Source: an uncultured candidatus Porisulfidus sp. (lineage in GTDB: Bacteria; Pseudomonadota; Gammaproteobacteria; Poriferisulfidales; Oxydemutatoraceae). Taken from it: 64,000 bases of DNA. The stretch is from contig OZ244052.1 of the NCBI GenBank assembly GCA_965215125.1, positions 704,001 through 768,000 of the forward strand, given 5' to 3'. The first letter of the stretch is position 1; each line of letters begins with the position of its first letter. The notes below the pieces were generated by a model. It was not told the origin of the DNA and searched no databases. It saw only the letters and a list, made by a program, of their open reading frames with translations. Positions 22,167 through 32,745 of this stretch are shown here, piece after piece. A program made the translations under genes and the position numbers.

Positions 22167-23528
22167 TCAAGATAGTTTTTTATACGCAGATCTGAAAGCA
22201 TCGCCGCGTTCTTTGTAATTGCGATACATATCCAAACTGGCGCACGCCGGCGACAACAACACGCAATCGCCGGGGCGGGCGGTGTCGGCAGCACACAGTA
22301 CGGCTTGCGTCATATTCTCAACTCGCGTGTAAGGAACGCGACCCTTCATCGCAGCGGCGATTTGTTCGGCATCTTTTCCCAACAGCACAGCAGCGCGCAC
22401 TTTGGTTTCGGCTAAATCGGCGAGTGGCTTAAAGTCGCCGCCTTTGCCGAGACCGCCGGCAATCAATACGACGGGTCTATTGATAGCGTGGAGTGCTGCG
22501 CAAGTTGCCGAAACATTGGTCGCCTTAGAATCGTCGTACCAATCTACACCGTTGCGGCATCCGATATGCTGCAAACGATGCGCCAAACTGTGAAAACCGG
22601 CAGCCGCACTGCGCATCGCATCAAAGGGTAAACCTAAGGCATATCCCATTGCAAACATCGCTTGGGTATTCAGCAAACCCACATCGCCCATCAATGCGAT
22701 ATCGGATTCGGAAATTAGTATCCGGTCACCATAAGCAATATGTCTAATCGCTTCTTTTTCTATCACTCCGAAATGACCGGACGGCGCGCGATCAAGTCCG
22801 AAACTAATCTGTCTCGCCGATTCGTGTATTTGCAGTGCGATATCTTCCTCTCTATTGACGACTACAACCGTACTATTTTTATGGATGCGTAATTTTGCAT
22901 TACGATAATCGGCAAAAGATTCGTAGCGATCTAAATGATCGGGCTTTATGTTTAAGATTACCGACACACTAGGTTGCAGACTATAAATCGTCTCCAATTG
23001 AAAACTGGATAGTTCCAAAACATAAAGTTCAATGTCTTTGTGTTGTTCTAGTAAATCCAACGCCGGCATGCTGTACGGACGCTCGCCGGCTAGATTACCG
23101 CCGCTCGCAACATTAAGTCCTGCATACTTCGCTGCGTCCGCCAATAGCGAGGCAACGGTGCTCTTACCGTTGGTACCGGTGATCGCAGCGATCGGACACT
23201 GCGGCGCATAACGCGCAAACAACTCTATATCGCCGATAAATTGATCTTTTTTTGTATTCGCTTGCATCGCCGCCAAAGTTTTTAGGGAAACGCCGGGGCT
23301 CACTACGACCTGTTCGGCTTGTTCGAGATAAGCCGCTTTTATATCACCTGTATAAACCTGTGTCTCGGGGGCGAATTTCAATAGTGCCTCGTGTTGCGAC
23401 GGATGCGCACTATTATCGGCAACCGCAAACGACATACCGCGCCGATGCAGAAAACGGGCAACCGATAGCCCCGTTATACCTAAACCGATAATCAGAAATT
23501 GATACGCTTGAGCCATCGTTCGATACAT
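22167..23528 (-). CDS. murD: UDP-MurNAc-L-Ala--D-Glu ligase
   Basis: ITGTNGKSTV, LELSSFQLE, DDSKATN, LLSPACASLDMY. Confidence 0.96.
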   Translation of the reverse strand: MYRTMAQAYQFLIIGLGITGLSVARFLHRRGMSFAVADNSAHPSQHEALLKFAPETQVYTGDIKAAYLEQAEQVVVSPGVSLKTLAAMQANTKKDQFIGDIELFARYAPQCPIAAITGTNGKSTVASLLADAAKYAGLNVASGGNLAGERPYSMPALDLLEQHKDIELYVLELSSFQLETIYSLQPSVSVILNIKPDHLDRYESFADYRNAKLRIHKNSTVVVVNREEDIALQIHESARQISFGLDRAPSGHFGVIEKEAIRHIAYGDRILISESDIALMGDVGLLNTQAMFAMGYALGLPFDAMRSAAAGFHSLAHRLQHIGCRNGVDWYDDSKATNVSATCAALHAINRPVVLIAGGLGKGGDFKPLADLAETKVRAAVLLGKDAEQIAAAMKGRVPYTRVENMTQAVLCAADTARPGDCVLLSPACASLDMYRNYKERGDAFRSAYKKLS

Positions 23529-23540
23529 CTTGTTGTCCGA

Positions 23541-24614
23541 CTACCTGATCTTCAATGTTGCCAAGCCGACCAACACCAAAAGCAAAGTAATAATCCAGAA
23601 GCGTACTATCACGGTGGGTTCGGGCCAACCTTTCAATTCAAAATGATGGTGTAGCGGTGCCATGCGAAAAATACGCTTGCCGGTTAAGCGATACGACGCG
23701 ACTTGTAAAATCACCGAGACCGCTTCGGCAACGAATATGCCACCCATAATAAGGAGCAAGAACTCCTGTCTGACCAGGATTGCGATAATCGCAAGTGCCG
23801 AACCTAGGGAAAGTGCGCCTACATCACCCATAAAAACTTTTGCCGGATAAGTGTTGAACCATAGAAAGCCCAATGCAGTCCCTGCCAGCGCACCACAAAA
23901 TACGGTCAACTCGGCTGCTTGAGGTAAATAGGGAAAATTCAAATAATCGGCAAAATTGGTATGACCGCTAACATAAGCAAAGATACCCAAAGCCGAGGCG
24001 ATTAAGGCAACGGGCAGAACTGCCAAGCCGTCCAAACCGTCGCTTAAATTGACCGCATTGCTCGCACCGACGATGGTTAGATAAGCAAGCAATATAAACC
24101 ATGCCCCTATATCTAAAACGACATCCTTGAAAAACGGGACTATCAGTTCTAATTCGGCAGGGTACTGCGCACTGCTATATACCGTATATGCAATAATAAA
24201 AGCAAGCAGCGATTGCCATAAAAACTTAGTTCTTATGGACATGCCCTCGCCATTCTTAATCTTAAAGTAATCGTCTATGCCTCCCAAAATACCGAAAGCT
24301 AGCATCGTTGCAAGGGCGATCATCACATAATAATTCAGGATATCCGCCCATAACAAAGTAGAAAATACAATCGTGACGATAATCAATATGCCGCCCATCG
24401 TCGGGGTGCCTTGCTTTTTATAGTGCGAGCGAGGACCTACTTCGCGTATGGTTTCGCCTATTTTCAAATGGCTTAGATAACGAATAACGCTCGGGCCGGC
24501 AATAGTGCTGATTAACAGCGCGGTGATCGCAGCAAAAACGGTGCGCAACGTGATATATTGCAAAACATTAAAACCGCTATGCAATTCCAATAAAAAATCC
24601 GATAAATGATACAC
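23541..24614 (-). CDS. mraY: Phospho-MurNAc-pentapeptide transferase
   Basis: KQGTPTMGG, NAVNLSDGLDGL, FMGDVG, MAPLHHHFE. Confidence 0.97.
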   Translation of the reverse strand: MYHLSDFLLELHSGFNVLQYITLRTVFAAITALLISTIAGPSVIRYLSHLKIGETIREVGPRSHYKKQGTPTMGGILIIVTIVFSTLLWADILNYYVMIALATMLAFGILGGIDDYFKIKNGEGMSIRTKFLWQSLLAFIIAYTVYSSAQYPAELELIVPFFKDVVLDIGAWFILLAYLTIVGASNAVNLSDGLDGLAVLPVALIASALGIFAYVSGHTNFADYLNFPYLPQAAELTVFCGALAGTALGFLWFNTYPAKVFMGDVGALSLGSALAIIAILVRQEFLLLIMGGIFVAEAVSVILQVASYRLTGKRIFRMAPLHHHFELKGWPEPTVIVRFWIITLLLVLVGLATLKIR

Positions 24615-24625
24615 GGTTGCCTCTT

Positions 24626-25972
24626 CTAAGAAACGGTTTCGTCGGTCGGCAACAATGCTGCCACTAATCGATCCATTTTTGCAGAACGCGAACCTTTAAC
24701 CAATAAACTCACCCCGGGCTTCAACTGCGCTTTGAGCTGTGGTATTAGTGCGGCAATACTATCAAAGGACTCACCCCTCTCACCGAAGTGTTCAGCCGCT
24801 ATTCGGGCATCGTCTCCGACCGCGAAGAAACGGTGTACATCCATGGACTTCGCCCGCTTACCGGCGCGTGCGTGCAGATCGGTGGATTCGTCGCCTAATT
24901 CCGCCATAGTGCCTAATGCCAGCCAGTGTTCTCCCGGTGCTTGTTTGAGCACCTCCAGGGCTGCATCCAAAGAGGCGGGGTTTGCGTTGTAACTATCGTC
25001 TATTAGGTGCGAGCCGTTTATACCGCTACGCACCGCCAAACGCCCGGGTACCGGGGAAACCGATTCTATACCGGCAACAATATCGTCTATACCGGCACCC
25101 GCTACATAGCTCGCCGCCGCCGCAGCCAATGCATTCGCTATATTATGCCGACCTAATAACTGCATGCGACAAGTGCGAGGCTTACCTGCCAAACTTAACT
25201 CTACGGTCGGTCCTCGGTGAGAGAGCAAATGAAAATCGGCTTCGGAAGCTAGACTGAATTCTACGATGCGTCGTTTTTCGATTCGCTGTAACCAATACTC
25301 GTAATACGCATCGTCTTTGTTTAAGATCGCCGTGCCCGATTTGCTCAAAGATTCAAATATCTCGCCCTTTGCTTCGGCAACGCCGTCCAGACTGCCGAAA
25401 CCACCTATATGTGCGGCGGAAGCATTGAGTAACAAAGCGATATCGGGTTGTGCGATGCCGCAGAGTTTACGTATTTCGCCGTGATGATTGGCCCCCATTT
25501 CCACGACCGCAGCGTCGTGTTGTGCCCTGATAGACAACACGGTCAACGGCACACCGATATGATTATTAAAATTGCCGGGTGTTGCAACAACCTGTCGACA
25601 ACGGCATAAAATACTTGCAATAATTTCTTTGGTCGTCGTCTTCCCGTTGCTACCGGTCAATGCCAAAATCGTGATCTTAAGGCGACGACACCACTGTGCC
25701 GCTAATTCGCTCAGTGCTTTTAGTGTATCGGATACGCGTATTTGTGCCAAAGGCGAGGTAATAGCTTCGGAGACCATCACCGCAGCTGCACCCGATGCAG
25801 CTGCCGTCTCTACAAAATCATGACCGTTAAGACGTTCCCCTTTGATCGCTACAAATAAATCTCCCGGCTTGGTCGTGCGGCTATCGATACTGATGCCTTC
25901 TATCGGTATATCGGCACCGTTTATTGCACCTTGCACCATCTCGGCAATCTCGTACAGATTCAACCATGCCAT
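24626..25972 (-). CDS. murF: UDP-MurNAc-tripeptide--D-Ala-D-Ala ligase
   Basis: TGSNGKTTTK, NNHIGVPLT, DDSYNANP, LVKGSR. Confidence 0.96.
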   Translation of the reverse strand: MAWLNLYEIAEMVQGAINGADIPIEGISIDSRTTKPGDLFVAIKGERLNGHDFVETAAASGAAAVMVSEAITSPLAQIRVSDTLKALSELAAQWCRRLKITILALTGSNGKTTTKEIIASILCRCRQVVATPGNFNNHIGVPLTVLSIRAQHDAAVVEMGANHHGEIRKLCGIAQPDIALLLNASAAHIGGFGSLDGVAEAKGEIFESLSKSGTAILNKDDAYYEYWLQRIEKRRIVEFSLASEADFHLLSHRGPTVELSLAGKPRTCRMQLLGRHNIANALAAAAASYVAGAGIDDIVAGIESVSPVPGRLAVRSGINGSHLIDDSYNANPASLDAALEVLKQAPGEHWLALGTMAELGDESTDLHARAGKRAKSMDVHRFFAVGDDARIAAEHFGERGESFDSIAALIPQLKAQLKPGVSLLVKGSRSAKMDRLVAALLPTDETVS

Positions 25973-27441
25973 CGGTAGTCCTCGAGTGCTTTTTGTATGA
26001 AGTCTGCGTCGTTAAACGGCTTTTTAACACCCTTAACAATTTGATAACGCTCGTGCCCCTTACCGGCGACTAAAACCACATCACCCGGTGCCGCTTCTTC
26101 GATTGCTTTGCTTATCGCCCGTGCGCGATCGTGTATCACGCAATGTGCTCGGTTCTTCGTCATACCTCTTAGAATGTCGTTGCAAATTCGTTCGGAGTCC
26201 TCGCCTCTAGGATTATCGTCGCAAATTACTATGCGGTCTGCATAGCATTGTGCTATTTCCCCCATCAACGGACGCTTGCTTGCGTCTCGTTCACCGCCGC
26301 ATCCGAATACGCAAATCAGATCGGCGGTAGCGTAATCCCTGCACGATATCAGAACCTGTTTCAATGCCTGTGGCGTATGTGCATAGTCTAGGAATACCTT
26401 CGGTAGATCACCGCCACCGAAACGTTGCATGCGACCGGCTACCGGGTGAATCTCGGATAACCGTTCGGCTGCCTCGTCCAATTGAAACCCATGGTTAATG
26501 AGCACCAACAGAGTTGCCAAGAGGTTGTAGATATTAAAGTTGCCGAACACACAAGTTTCTATATCTATAACTTCTCCTAAAAGAGAAACACGCAAAGCAA
26601 GACCCTGTTCACGGTTCTCGGCTTTGATTAAATAAGCGGCTACCATAGAAGATTGCTTTGAATAACTCAAAACCGTCACCTTTTTATGGCACGCATTGAT
26701 CATTGCCTCGGCGTATTCGTCATCGGCATTGATTACCGCCGTCTTTAGACTGTCGTACTCGAAGAGCTTGCGCTTTGCAAGCATATACTTGATGCGCGAG
26801 CCGTGATAATCTAAATGATCGTGCCCTAGATTGGTGAATACGGCAGTATCTATCACCAAACCGTTCAGCCTTCCTTGTGCCAAACCGTGCGAAGAGGCCT
26901 CAACCACAACCTTGTCTATATTGTGCTGTTTTAATTCGTTGATGATTTTATGGGTGATCAAAGCATCGGGTGTCGTATGGGTAGATGTCTGCAAATCACC
27001 GAAGCAACCGTACCCCAGTGTTCCTATCAAACCGCACGGTTTCCCGGCAGCCGATAAACACTCGGCAACATAATGACTCACGGAAGATTTACCGTCGGTG
27101 CCGGTTACCGCAATAACCTCCATCGCATCGGAAGGACAATCGTAAAAGCGGCTGGCAATTAAGCCCATGTTCTTGCGCAGATTGGGTATTCTAATCATCG
27201 GTACCGTGGACGGATAGATTGAGTTCTCACCACCGTCCCAAACAACCGCTTTAGCACCGCGTGCTATGACATCGGACAGGAAATTCAAACCGTGTTGCTG
27301 CTCTCCTTCCAGTGCCATGTATAAATCACCTCGCTGCACCTCTTCGCTATGGTTCGCTATACCGGTCACCTCCACATCGTCTATATTCTTTATCCGCACC
27401 AGATCCTCCATCAACACCGATAATCTACATCTCTTCATCAA
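25960..27441 (-). CDS. murE: UDP-MurNAc-dipeptide--meso-DAP ligase
   Basis: TGTDGKSS, EASSHGL, DYAHTP, DNPR, GKGHE. Confidence 0.96.
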   Translation of the reverse strand: MMKRCRLSVLMEDLVRIKNIDDVEVTGIANHSEEVQRGDLYMALEGEQQHGLNFLSDVIARGAKAVVWDGGENSIYPSTVPMIRIPNLRKNMGLIASRFYDCPSDAMEVIAVTGTDGKSSVSHYVAECLSAAGKPCGLIGTLGYGCFGDLQTSTHTTPDALITHKIINELKQHNIDKVVVEASSHGLAQGRLNGLVIDTAVFTNLGHDHLDYHGSRIKYMLAKRKLFEYDSLKTAVINADDEYAEAMINACHKKVTVLSYSKQSSMVAAYLIKAENREQGLALRVSLLGEVIDIETCVFGNFNIYNLLATLLVLINHGFQLDEAAERLSEIHPVAGRMQRFGGGDLPKVFLDYAHTPQALKQVLISCRDYATADLICVFGCGGERDASKRPLMGEIAQCYADRIVICDDNPRGEDSERICNDILRGMTKNRAHCVIHDRARAISKAIEEAAPGDVVLVAGKGHERYQIVKGVKKPFNDADFIQKALEDYRWHG

Positions 27442-29180
27442 TTGACACGATTAGTGGGCAATGCGGTATTTGAAAGATTTAAGTCCGGTAATTCGTCGTA
27501 ATTGAAATTCATAAAACGTAATGTCGCCGACATGACATCCGAGAATACCGGTGCTGCCACCTTGCCTCCATAATATTCGCCGCCACTCGGTTTATCTATC
27601 ACCACCACACAAACAAAATTGGGTTGCCGTAGCGGCGCAAAGCCTGCAAACACCGAGGTGTATTCGTTATCGTCCCCTCTATCTTCAACCGACTTTCTAG
27701 TTGTGCCGGTTTTACCTGCGGTCGTGAAACCTCTGACTTTGGCAAGGCTACCGGTGCCTTCCTTAGAGATCGCGCGGTGTAACATCTTTCTAATAGATCT
27801 TGCGGTTCCGGGCTTAAAAACTTGCTCCTTTCTGAAATAAGGGTTGTCTTTTAGAAAAGTCGGATTAGGCCGCCAACCGTCGTTGGCAAAGGTAGTATAC
27901 GCCATTGCGAGTTGCAACAACGAGACCGACACGCCATAACCGTACGACATGACGGCATGATCCGTAGGACTCCACCTCTCGTGATATCTTAGTTCGCCTA
28001 TGACTTCTCCGGGAAAAACCGTGCCGGGTGTTTCCCCGAAACCGACATCGGATAAATAATTCCACAAAACTTCGCGCGGCACCGTTTGCGCGATTTTGCT
28101 AATTGCCACATTGCTGGATTTGACTATGACACCGGTGATATCGAGCTTACCGTAATTTCTTATATCCTTTATTTGTTTGCTACCACTCAGCCGATAATAC
28201 CCCGGGGTCGTATCTATTACCGTATTCTCTTGCAAGTAGCCTCCGTCTATCGCTGCCGCCATAATCATCGGTTTCATCGTAGAACCGAGTTCAAAGGTGT
28301 CGGTCACCAATCGGTTGCGATGCCTATCGGCAAAGTCATATCGGCGATCGTTGGGATTAAACGAGGGATAGTTGACGGCGACGATAATCTCACCGGTTTG
28401 TGCATTGACTACAACAATTGACCCCGATTCCGCGTTGTGCTTCGCGATTGCACTCTGCAATGCACGATACGCATAATATTGAATACGCTGATCTATACTC
28501 AGTGTCAAAGTTTTCCCGTTTTTAGGTGCTTTGAGTAGTCTAATATCGCGTATTGTACGCCTGTTTGCATCTCTCATAACCTGCTTTAATCCGGGTATTG
28601 CGCGTAAATGTTCGTCGGTATTCATCTCTATACCTTCTATGCCCTTGCCGTCGACATCGGTTAAGCCGACAATGTGCGCGGTAATCTCGCCGGTCGGATA
28701 AAAACGTTTATAAACCGGATCCAAACGAAGCCCGTCTATTCCCAATGTTCTTAGCTTGTTCTCCATATACGGTTTAATATGCCGCTTGATGTATAGAAAC
28801 CGTTTGCCATTTGCCGCCGCTAATTTTGTTCGTAATTCGTCTGCATCTATTTCTACCGCCTCGGCTATCGCTACTATGTTTTTATCGTCAAACCATAAGG
28901 GGTCTATCCCTGCCGAATAAACCGGTGCGCTAACCGCAAGTAAGGTGCCGTTCCGATCGGTGATGGAACCATCATAGGCTGGTATTTCTTTGGTGCTTAA
29001 ATAGCGCATATTGTCTTTGTTCTCTAATTCAAGACGCGGGTCGTACTGCCAATATACCGCACGGCCGATTAATCCCAACGATGCTATAAAAAACACCGTC
29101 ATCAGAAACATGCGTCTAAAATAATTATTAAACTCAGACGGTTCCTTGTGTCTCGAGTATTTGGCGTTTATATATTTCAT
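27438..29180 (-). CDS. ftsI: Penicillin-binding protein 3 (FtsI)
   Basis: SxxK (GSTMK), SSN, KTG motifs; position in the dcw cluster. Confidence 0.95.
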   Translation of the reverse strand: MKYINAKYSRHKEPSEFNNYFRRMFLMTVFFIASLGLIGRAVYWQYDPRLELENKDNMRYLSTKEIPAYDGSITDRNGTLLAVSAPVYSAGIDPLWFDDKNIVAIAEAVEIDADELRTKLAAANGKRFLYIKRHIKPYMENKLRTLGIDGLRLDPVYKRFYPTGEITAHIVGLTDVDGKGIEGIEMNTDEHLRAIPGLKQVMRDANRRTIRDIRLLKAPKNGKTLTLSIDQRIQYYAYRALQSAIAKHNAESGSIVVVNAQTGEIIVAVNYPSFNPNDRRYDFADRHRNRLVTDTFELGSTMKPMIMAAAIDGGYLQENTVIDTTPGYYRLSGSKQIKDIRNYGKLDITGVIVKSSNVAISKIAQTVPREVLWNYLSDVGFGETPGTVFPGEVIGELRYHERWSPTDHAVMSYGYGVSVSLLQLAMAYTTFANDGWRPNPTFLKDNPYFRKEQVFKPGTARSIRKMLHRAISKEGTGSLAKVRGFTTAGKTGTTRKSVEDRGDDNEYTSVFAGFAPLRQPNFVCVVVIDKPSGGEYYGGKVAAPVFSDVMSATLRFMNFNYDELPDLNLSNTALPTNRVN

Positions 29181-29449
29181 CGCACAATAATCGGAATTTC
29201 TTTATACGGATATATCATTTCAAGTTCCGCCACCGACTTTTCTACATAGCCGGGCATGCGTAAAGTACTGTTCTCGGTCTGTAGAAGGCTCCATTCCGAC
29301 TCTAGAATATCCCGTTCGCGTTGTAGCGATTCGGATTCTACGAAAGCCATGCGATTGAGATTCTTAACGGTTACGACCGCAAGTGCGAATATAAATATGC
29401 CTATGACTAGAGATACGATGATTAATCTGTCGGTGTGCAACCCGGTCAT
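29177..29449 (-). CDS. ftsL: Cell division protein FtsL
   Basis: Short TM plus coiled coil (LESEWSLLQTENSTL) between rsmH and ftsI. Confidence 0.85.
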   Translation of the reverse strand: MTGLHTDRLIIVSLVIGIFIFALAVVTVKNLNRMAFVESESLQRERDILESEWSLLQTENSTLRMPGYVEKSVAELEMIYPYKEIPIIVR

Positions 29450-30354
29450 AATTTCTCCGCAACTCTAAGGCGCGCGCTACGAGCATTCGGGTTTCGCCTA
29501 AGCTCCTTATCGGCAGGCCTAATTAAATGATTGATTTTTCTAAGCCTTAAGGTCTCTGCAGGGTTTTTAGGATGCGGTAGACCGCGTACCGTTGCAGGCA
29601 CCTGACTATATTTTTTAATAAATTGCTTGACGATGCGATCTTCCAAAGAATGAAATGCAATCACCGCAAGCCGACCACCACTGTGTAGCAAATCCAAAAC
29701 ACTATCCAGTGCTTCGGATAAATCTTCAAGTTCGCGATTAATAAAAAGGCGTATTGCAAGAAAGGTGCAGGTGGCCGGATGATGATTTCTTCCAGCCGAA
29801 CCTGCAATTGTCCGAACTAGTTCACCAGTGGTCAGGAGGGGGCGACCACTAACGATTGCTCGGGCAAATCTTTTAGCCTGAGGCTCCTCCCCGTAAAACC
29901 TCAATACATGTTCTATTTCTTCTACACTTGCTTGATTTAGCCACTGTGCGGCAGTGATACCTTCGGAGGTGTCCATCCGCATATCAAGTGGTCCGTCTAA
30001 ATCAAAGCTAAACCCTCTCTCTTTTGTTCTTAATTGAGGTGATGATACACCCAAATCAAAAAAAATTCCACTAATTTTATTCTTAATATGAAATTTACTT
30101 GATAATTTTCCTAAATTTGCATGAGATTCTCTCCTGAATTCAAAGCGTTTATCGCCCATACAGTGTGATTTTGCATGTTTTTCCGCCTCCAAATCCTTAT
30201 CGTAAGCGAAAAGCCTGCCTTTATCGCTCAAACGGGCTAATAATGCGGCACTATGGCCGCCTCGTCCATAAGTGGCATCTATATACCAACCATCTTTATC
30301 TATGTTCATGGCTTCCAAGACCTCTTTCAACATCACCGGTTCGTGTCGATCCAT
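29446..30354 (-). CDS. rsmH: 16S rRNA m4C1402 methyltransferase
   Basis: HEPVMLKE, DATYGRGGHS, DLGVSSPQL, FHSLEDRIVK, NARSARLR. Confidence 0.96.
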   Translation of the reverse strand: MDRHEPVMLKEVLEAMNIDKDGWYIDATYGRGGHSAALLARLSDKGRLFAYDKDLEAEKHAKSHCMGDKRFEFRRESHANLGKLSSKFHIKNKISGIFFDLGVSSPQLRTKERGFSFDLDGPLDMRMDTSEGITAAQWLNQASVEEIEHVLRFYGEEPQAKRFARAIVSGRPLLTTGELVRTIAGSAGRNHHPATCTFLAIRLFINRELEDLSEALDSVLDLLHSGGRLAVIAFHSLEDRIVKQFIKKYSQVPATVRGLPHPKNPAETLRLRKINHLIRPADKELRRNPNARSARLRVAEKL

Positions 30355-30361
30355 TGCATCG

Positions 30362-30826
30362 TTATAGATGAAAGTTTTCGAGTACGGAATCGGCACCTTC
30401 GGTATCCATCTCTTTCATCTTTCGTTCCCTGTATTCATCCCATATCTTTTGATCCCATAACTCAAACCTGTTACCTGAACCAAGTAACACACACGACTTT
30501 TTAATTTTCATATCTTTGCGTAAAGGCGAGGGGAGTGAAATGCGCCCGTTATTATCGGGTTCACATTCCGTGGCATGGCTCAACATCATACGCCGCATAT
30601 AACCTTCTCTACCGGCTGACGATAATTGTTGTAATTGCTCTTCAACCGGTATCCAATAAAGCTTTGGGTAGATAAGTATAGATCTGTTGCCTATATTCGC
30701 AGTAACAACCAGATTGCTGTTACACAACTCGTATAATTCTCGGCGATATTTGGAAGGAATGCCGACACGATTTTTAGTATCTACCGTGACATTACTGACA
30801 CCCTTAAAACATTTTACTGTGGACAT
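30362..30826 (-). CDS. mraZ: Division/cell-wall cluster repressor MraZ
   Basis: VDTKNRVGIPSKYR, DNNGRISLP, FELWD. ATG 30826 follows an AGGAGG RBS. Confidence 0.93.
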   Translation of the reverse strand: MSTVKCFKGVSNVTVDTKNRVGIPSKYRRELYELCNSNLVVTANIGNRSILIYPKLYWIPVEEQLQQLSSAGREGYMRRMMLSHATECEPDNNGRISLPSPLRKDMKIKKSCVLLGSGNRFELWDQKIWDEYRERKMKEMDTEGADSVLENFHL

Positions 30827-30873
30827 ACTAAATATCCCTCCTACTATTAAATAAACTTTTATCGGGAAATAAT

Positions 30874-30940
30874 ATACCACAAAAAACTACTTTTCACCAC
30901 AAAAAACTACTCTTTACCACAAAAATTACTTTTTACCAAA
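30874..30940 (-). promoter_or_regulatory. MraZ-binding repeat array
   Basis: CCAC/CTAC (GTGG/GTAG on minus) at exact 10-bp spacing at 30877, 30887, 30897, 30907 and 30917, upstream of mraZ. Confidence 0.75.
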
Positions 30941-31108
30941 CCTGCATTGAAATGTGTGTAGGGCTGTTGGAAACAGCCCCATGCGTAAAAATCTTGATAC
31001 CACTTATTGGAGAGAGTCTTCTAAAAATACTTTGGTGCGAATCCTAAGCGGCGGACGAACTGTATAAACACATGACGTCAACGGACAAACCACAACCTCC
31101 CGGACATG

Positions 31109-31756
31109 TCATATTATTGTCCCATGACTCAAATGGATAATACGACAATCAAATTTCCCTATCAAAGAGAGGTCATGGCTCGCAATTAGTACCGTTACAC
31201 CAACACCGTTAAACTCCATAAAGAGCCGTATAATCTCCTCCGATAGTTGCGGATCCAAATTGCCGGTAGGTTCGTCTGCCAACAATATTAGCGGGCGGTT
31301 GACTATAGCCCGTGCAATTCCGACGCGTTGCTGCTCACCGGCCGATAAAACTTTCGGATTCAGGTTTGCTTTATCGTCTAAACCTACCTTTCTAAGTGCG
31401 GCGCACACCCGAGATTCCGATTGCTCGGGCACCGTGCCGCAGATTTGTAGCGGCAATGAAACATTGTCGGACACCGAACGATCGAACAACAAACGGTGTT
31501 GCTGAAAAACAAATCCGATGCGTCGCCGCAGATGCGGTAGGTGGTTCTCTTTGAGCTTAGCTAAGTCTTTACCGTCTACTATTACCCTACCTTGATCGGG
31601 TTTTTCTATGCCGGGAATTAAACTGAGCAAAGTGCTTTTGCCGGCTCCCGAATGACCGGTGAGAAAAGCCATCTCTCCCGCTTCCATGCTAAAACTAACA
31701 TCGGCAAGCGCAGTTTGGTCTTGATATTTTTTACCGACTTTCTCGAAACTTATCAT
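31109..31756 (-). CDS. ftsE: Cell division ABC ATPase FtsE
   Basis: GHSGAGKSTL, LSAGEQQRVGIARAIVNRP, ADEPTGNLDP; follows ftsY. Confidence 0.93.
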   Translation of the reverse strand: MISFEKVGKKYQDQTALADVSFSMEAGEMAFLTGHSGAGKSTLLSLIPGIEKPDQGRVIVDGKDLAKLKENHLPHLRRRIGFVFQQHRLLFDRSVSDNVSLPLQICGTVPEQSESRVCAALRKVGLDDKANLNPKVLSAGEQQRVGIARAIVNRPLILLADEPTGNLDPQLSEEIIRLFMEFNGVGVTVLIASHDLSLIGKFDCRIIHLSHGTII

Positions 31757-31770
31757 GATATTCGGTTTGT

Positions 31771-32682
31771 CTATACTCGCATTATTGCAGTAGCATATTC
31801 TGCGGCATCAAATAGATGCAATTCATCCAACGCCTCACCGACTCCTATGAACCGTATCGGTATTCCGGTTTCTCGCGCAACGGCAATGATAATACCCCCT
31901 TTGGCACTACCGTCCAACTTGGTGACAATCAGACTATCTATTCCCAAAGATTTATGAAACTCGGCAACTTGTTTTTTTGCGTTTTGTCCGGTCGTGCCGT
32001 CTATCACTAAAATGATCTCGTCGGGTGCGTTCTCGTTTTGCTTTGTCGCAACTCGCTTGATCTTTTGCAATTCTTCAATCAGATTTTTATCGGTATGCAA
32101 CCGTCCGGCGGTATCGGCAATGACTATATCCATACCTTTGGCTTCGGCGGATGCCATTGCGTCGTAGACGATAGCGGCACTATCGGATCCCGGAGACTGT
32201 GCAACCAACGGTATATCGCAACGTTGTGCCCATATCCGTAGTTGCTCTATCGCTGCCGCACGAAAGGTATCGGCTGCTGCCAGCATCACTGTTCGCCCTT
32301 GCTGTTTATGATGATACGCGAGCTTAGCCGCGGTTGTCGTTTTGCCACTGCCGTTGACTCCTACCATCAAAACCACATAAGGTCTGTTGCGAGCTTGCAT
32401 AGCCGATGCACACTCGCACGGTTTAAGTATCGTCGTGATTTCCTCTTCAACCTTAGCCACTAACTGTGTCATAGATTTAATGTGATTATGACGTGCATGT
32501 TCTTTGATGTTTGCAATGATATCTTTGCATGCGGCCATCCCGACATCGGCAGCTAGCAAACGACGCTCGAGTTCTTCCAAAAACTTGTCGTCAGGCTTCG
32601 GGCCGAACAAAGCACTCAAGCCCGAACCTATACGACTTCCGGTGCCATGCAATTTCTCTTTAAGTTTGTTATGCCATTTCAT
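31771..32682 (-). CDS. ftsY: SRP receptor FtsY (short, no acidic domain)
   Basis: GVNGSGKTTT, DTFRAAA, DTAGR, TKLDGSAKGG. Confidence 0.96.
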   Translation of the reverse strand: MKWHNKLKEKLHGTGSRIGSGLSALFGPKPDDKFLEELERRLLAADVGMAACKDIIANIKEHARHNHIKSMTQLVAKVEEEITTILKPCECASAMQARNRPYVVLMVGVNGSGKTTTAAKLAYHHKQQGRTVMLAAADTFRAAAIEQLRIWAQRCDIPLVAQSPGSDSAAIVYDAMASAEAKGMDIVIADTAGRLHTDKNLIEELQKIKRVATKQNENAPDEIILVIDGTTGQNAKKQVAEFHKSLGIDSLIVTKLDGSAKGGIIIAVARETGIPIRFIGVGEALDELHLFDAAEYATAIMRV

Positions 32683-32745
32683 TTTTCCGAAATTAGTCGA
32701 TTTTGTTTTATACTAAGCTATAGGTAAAGTCGTATTGTATCAACC

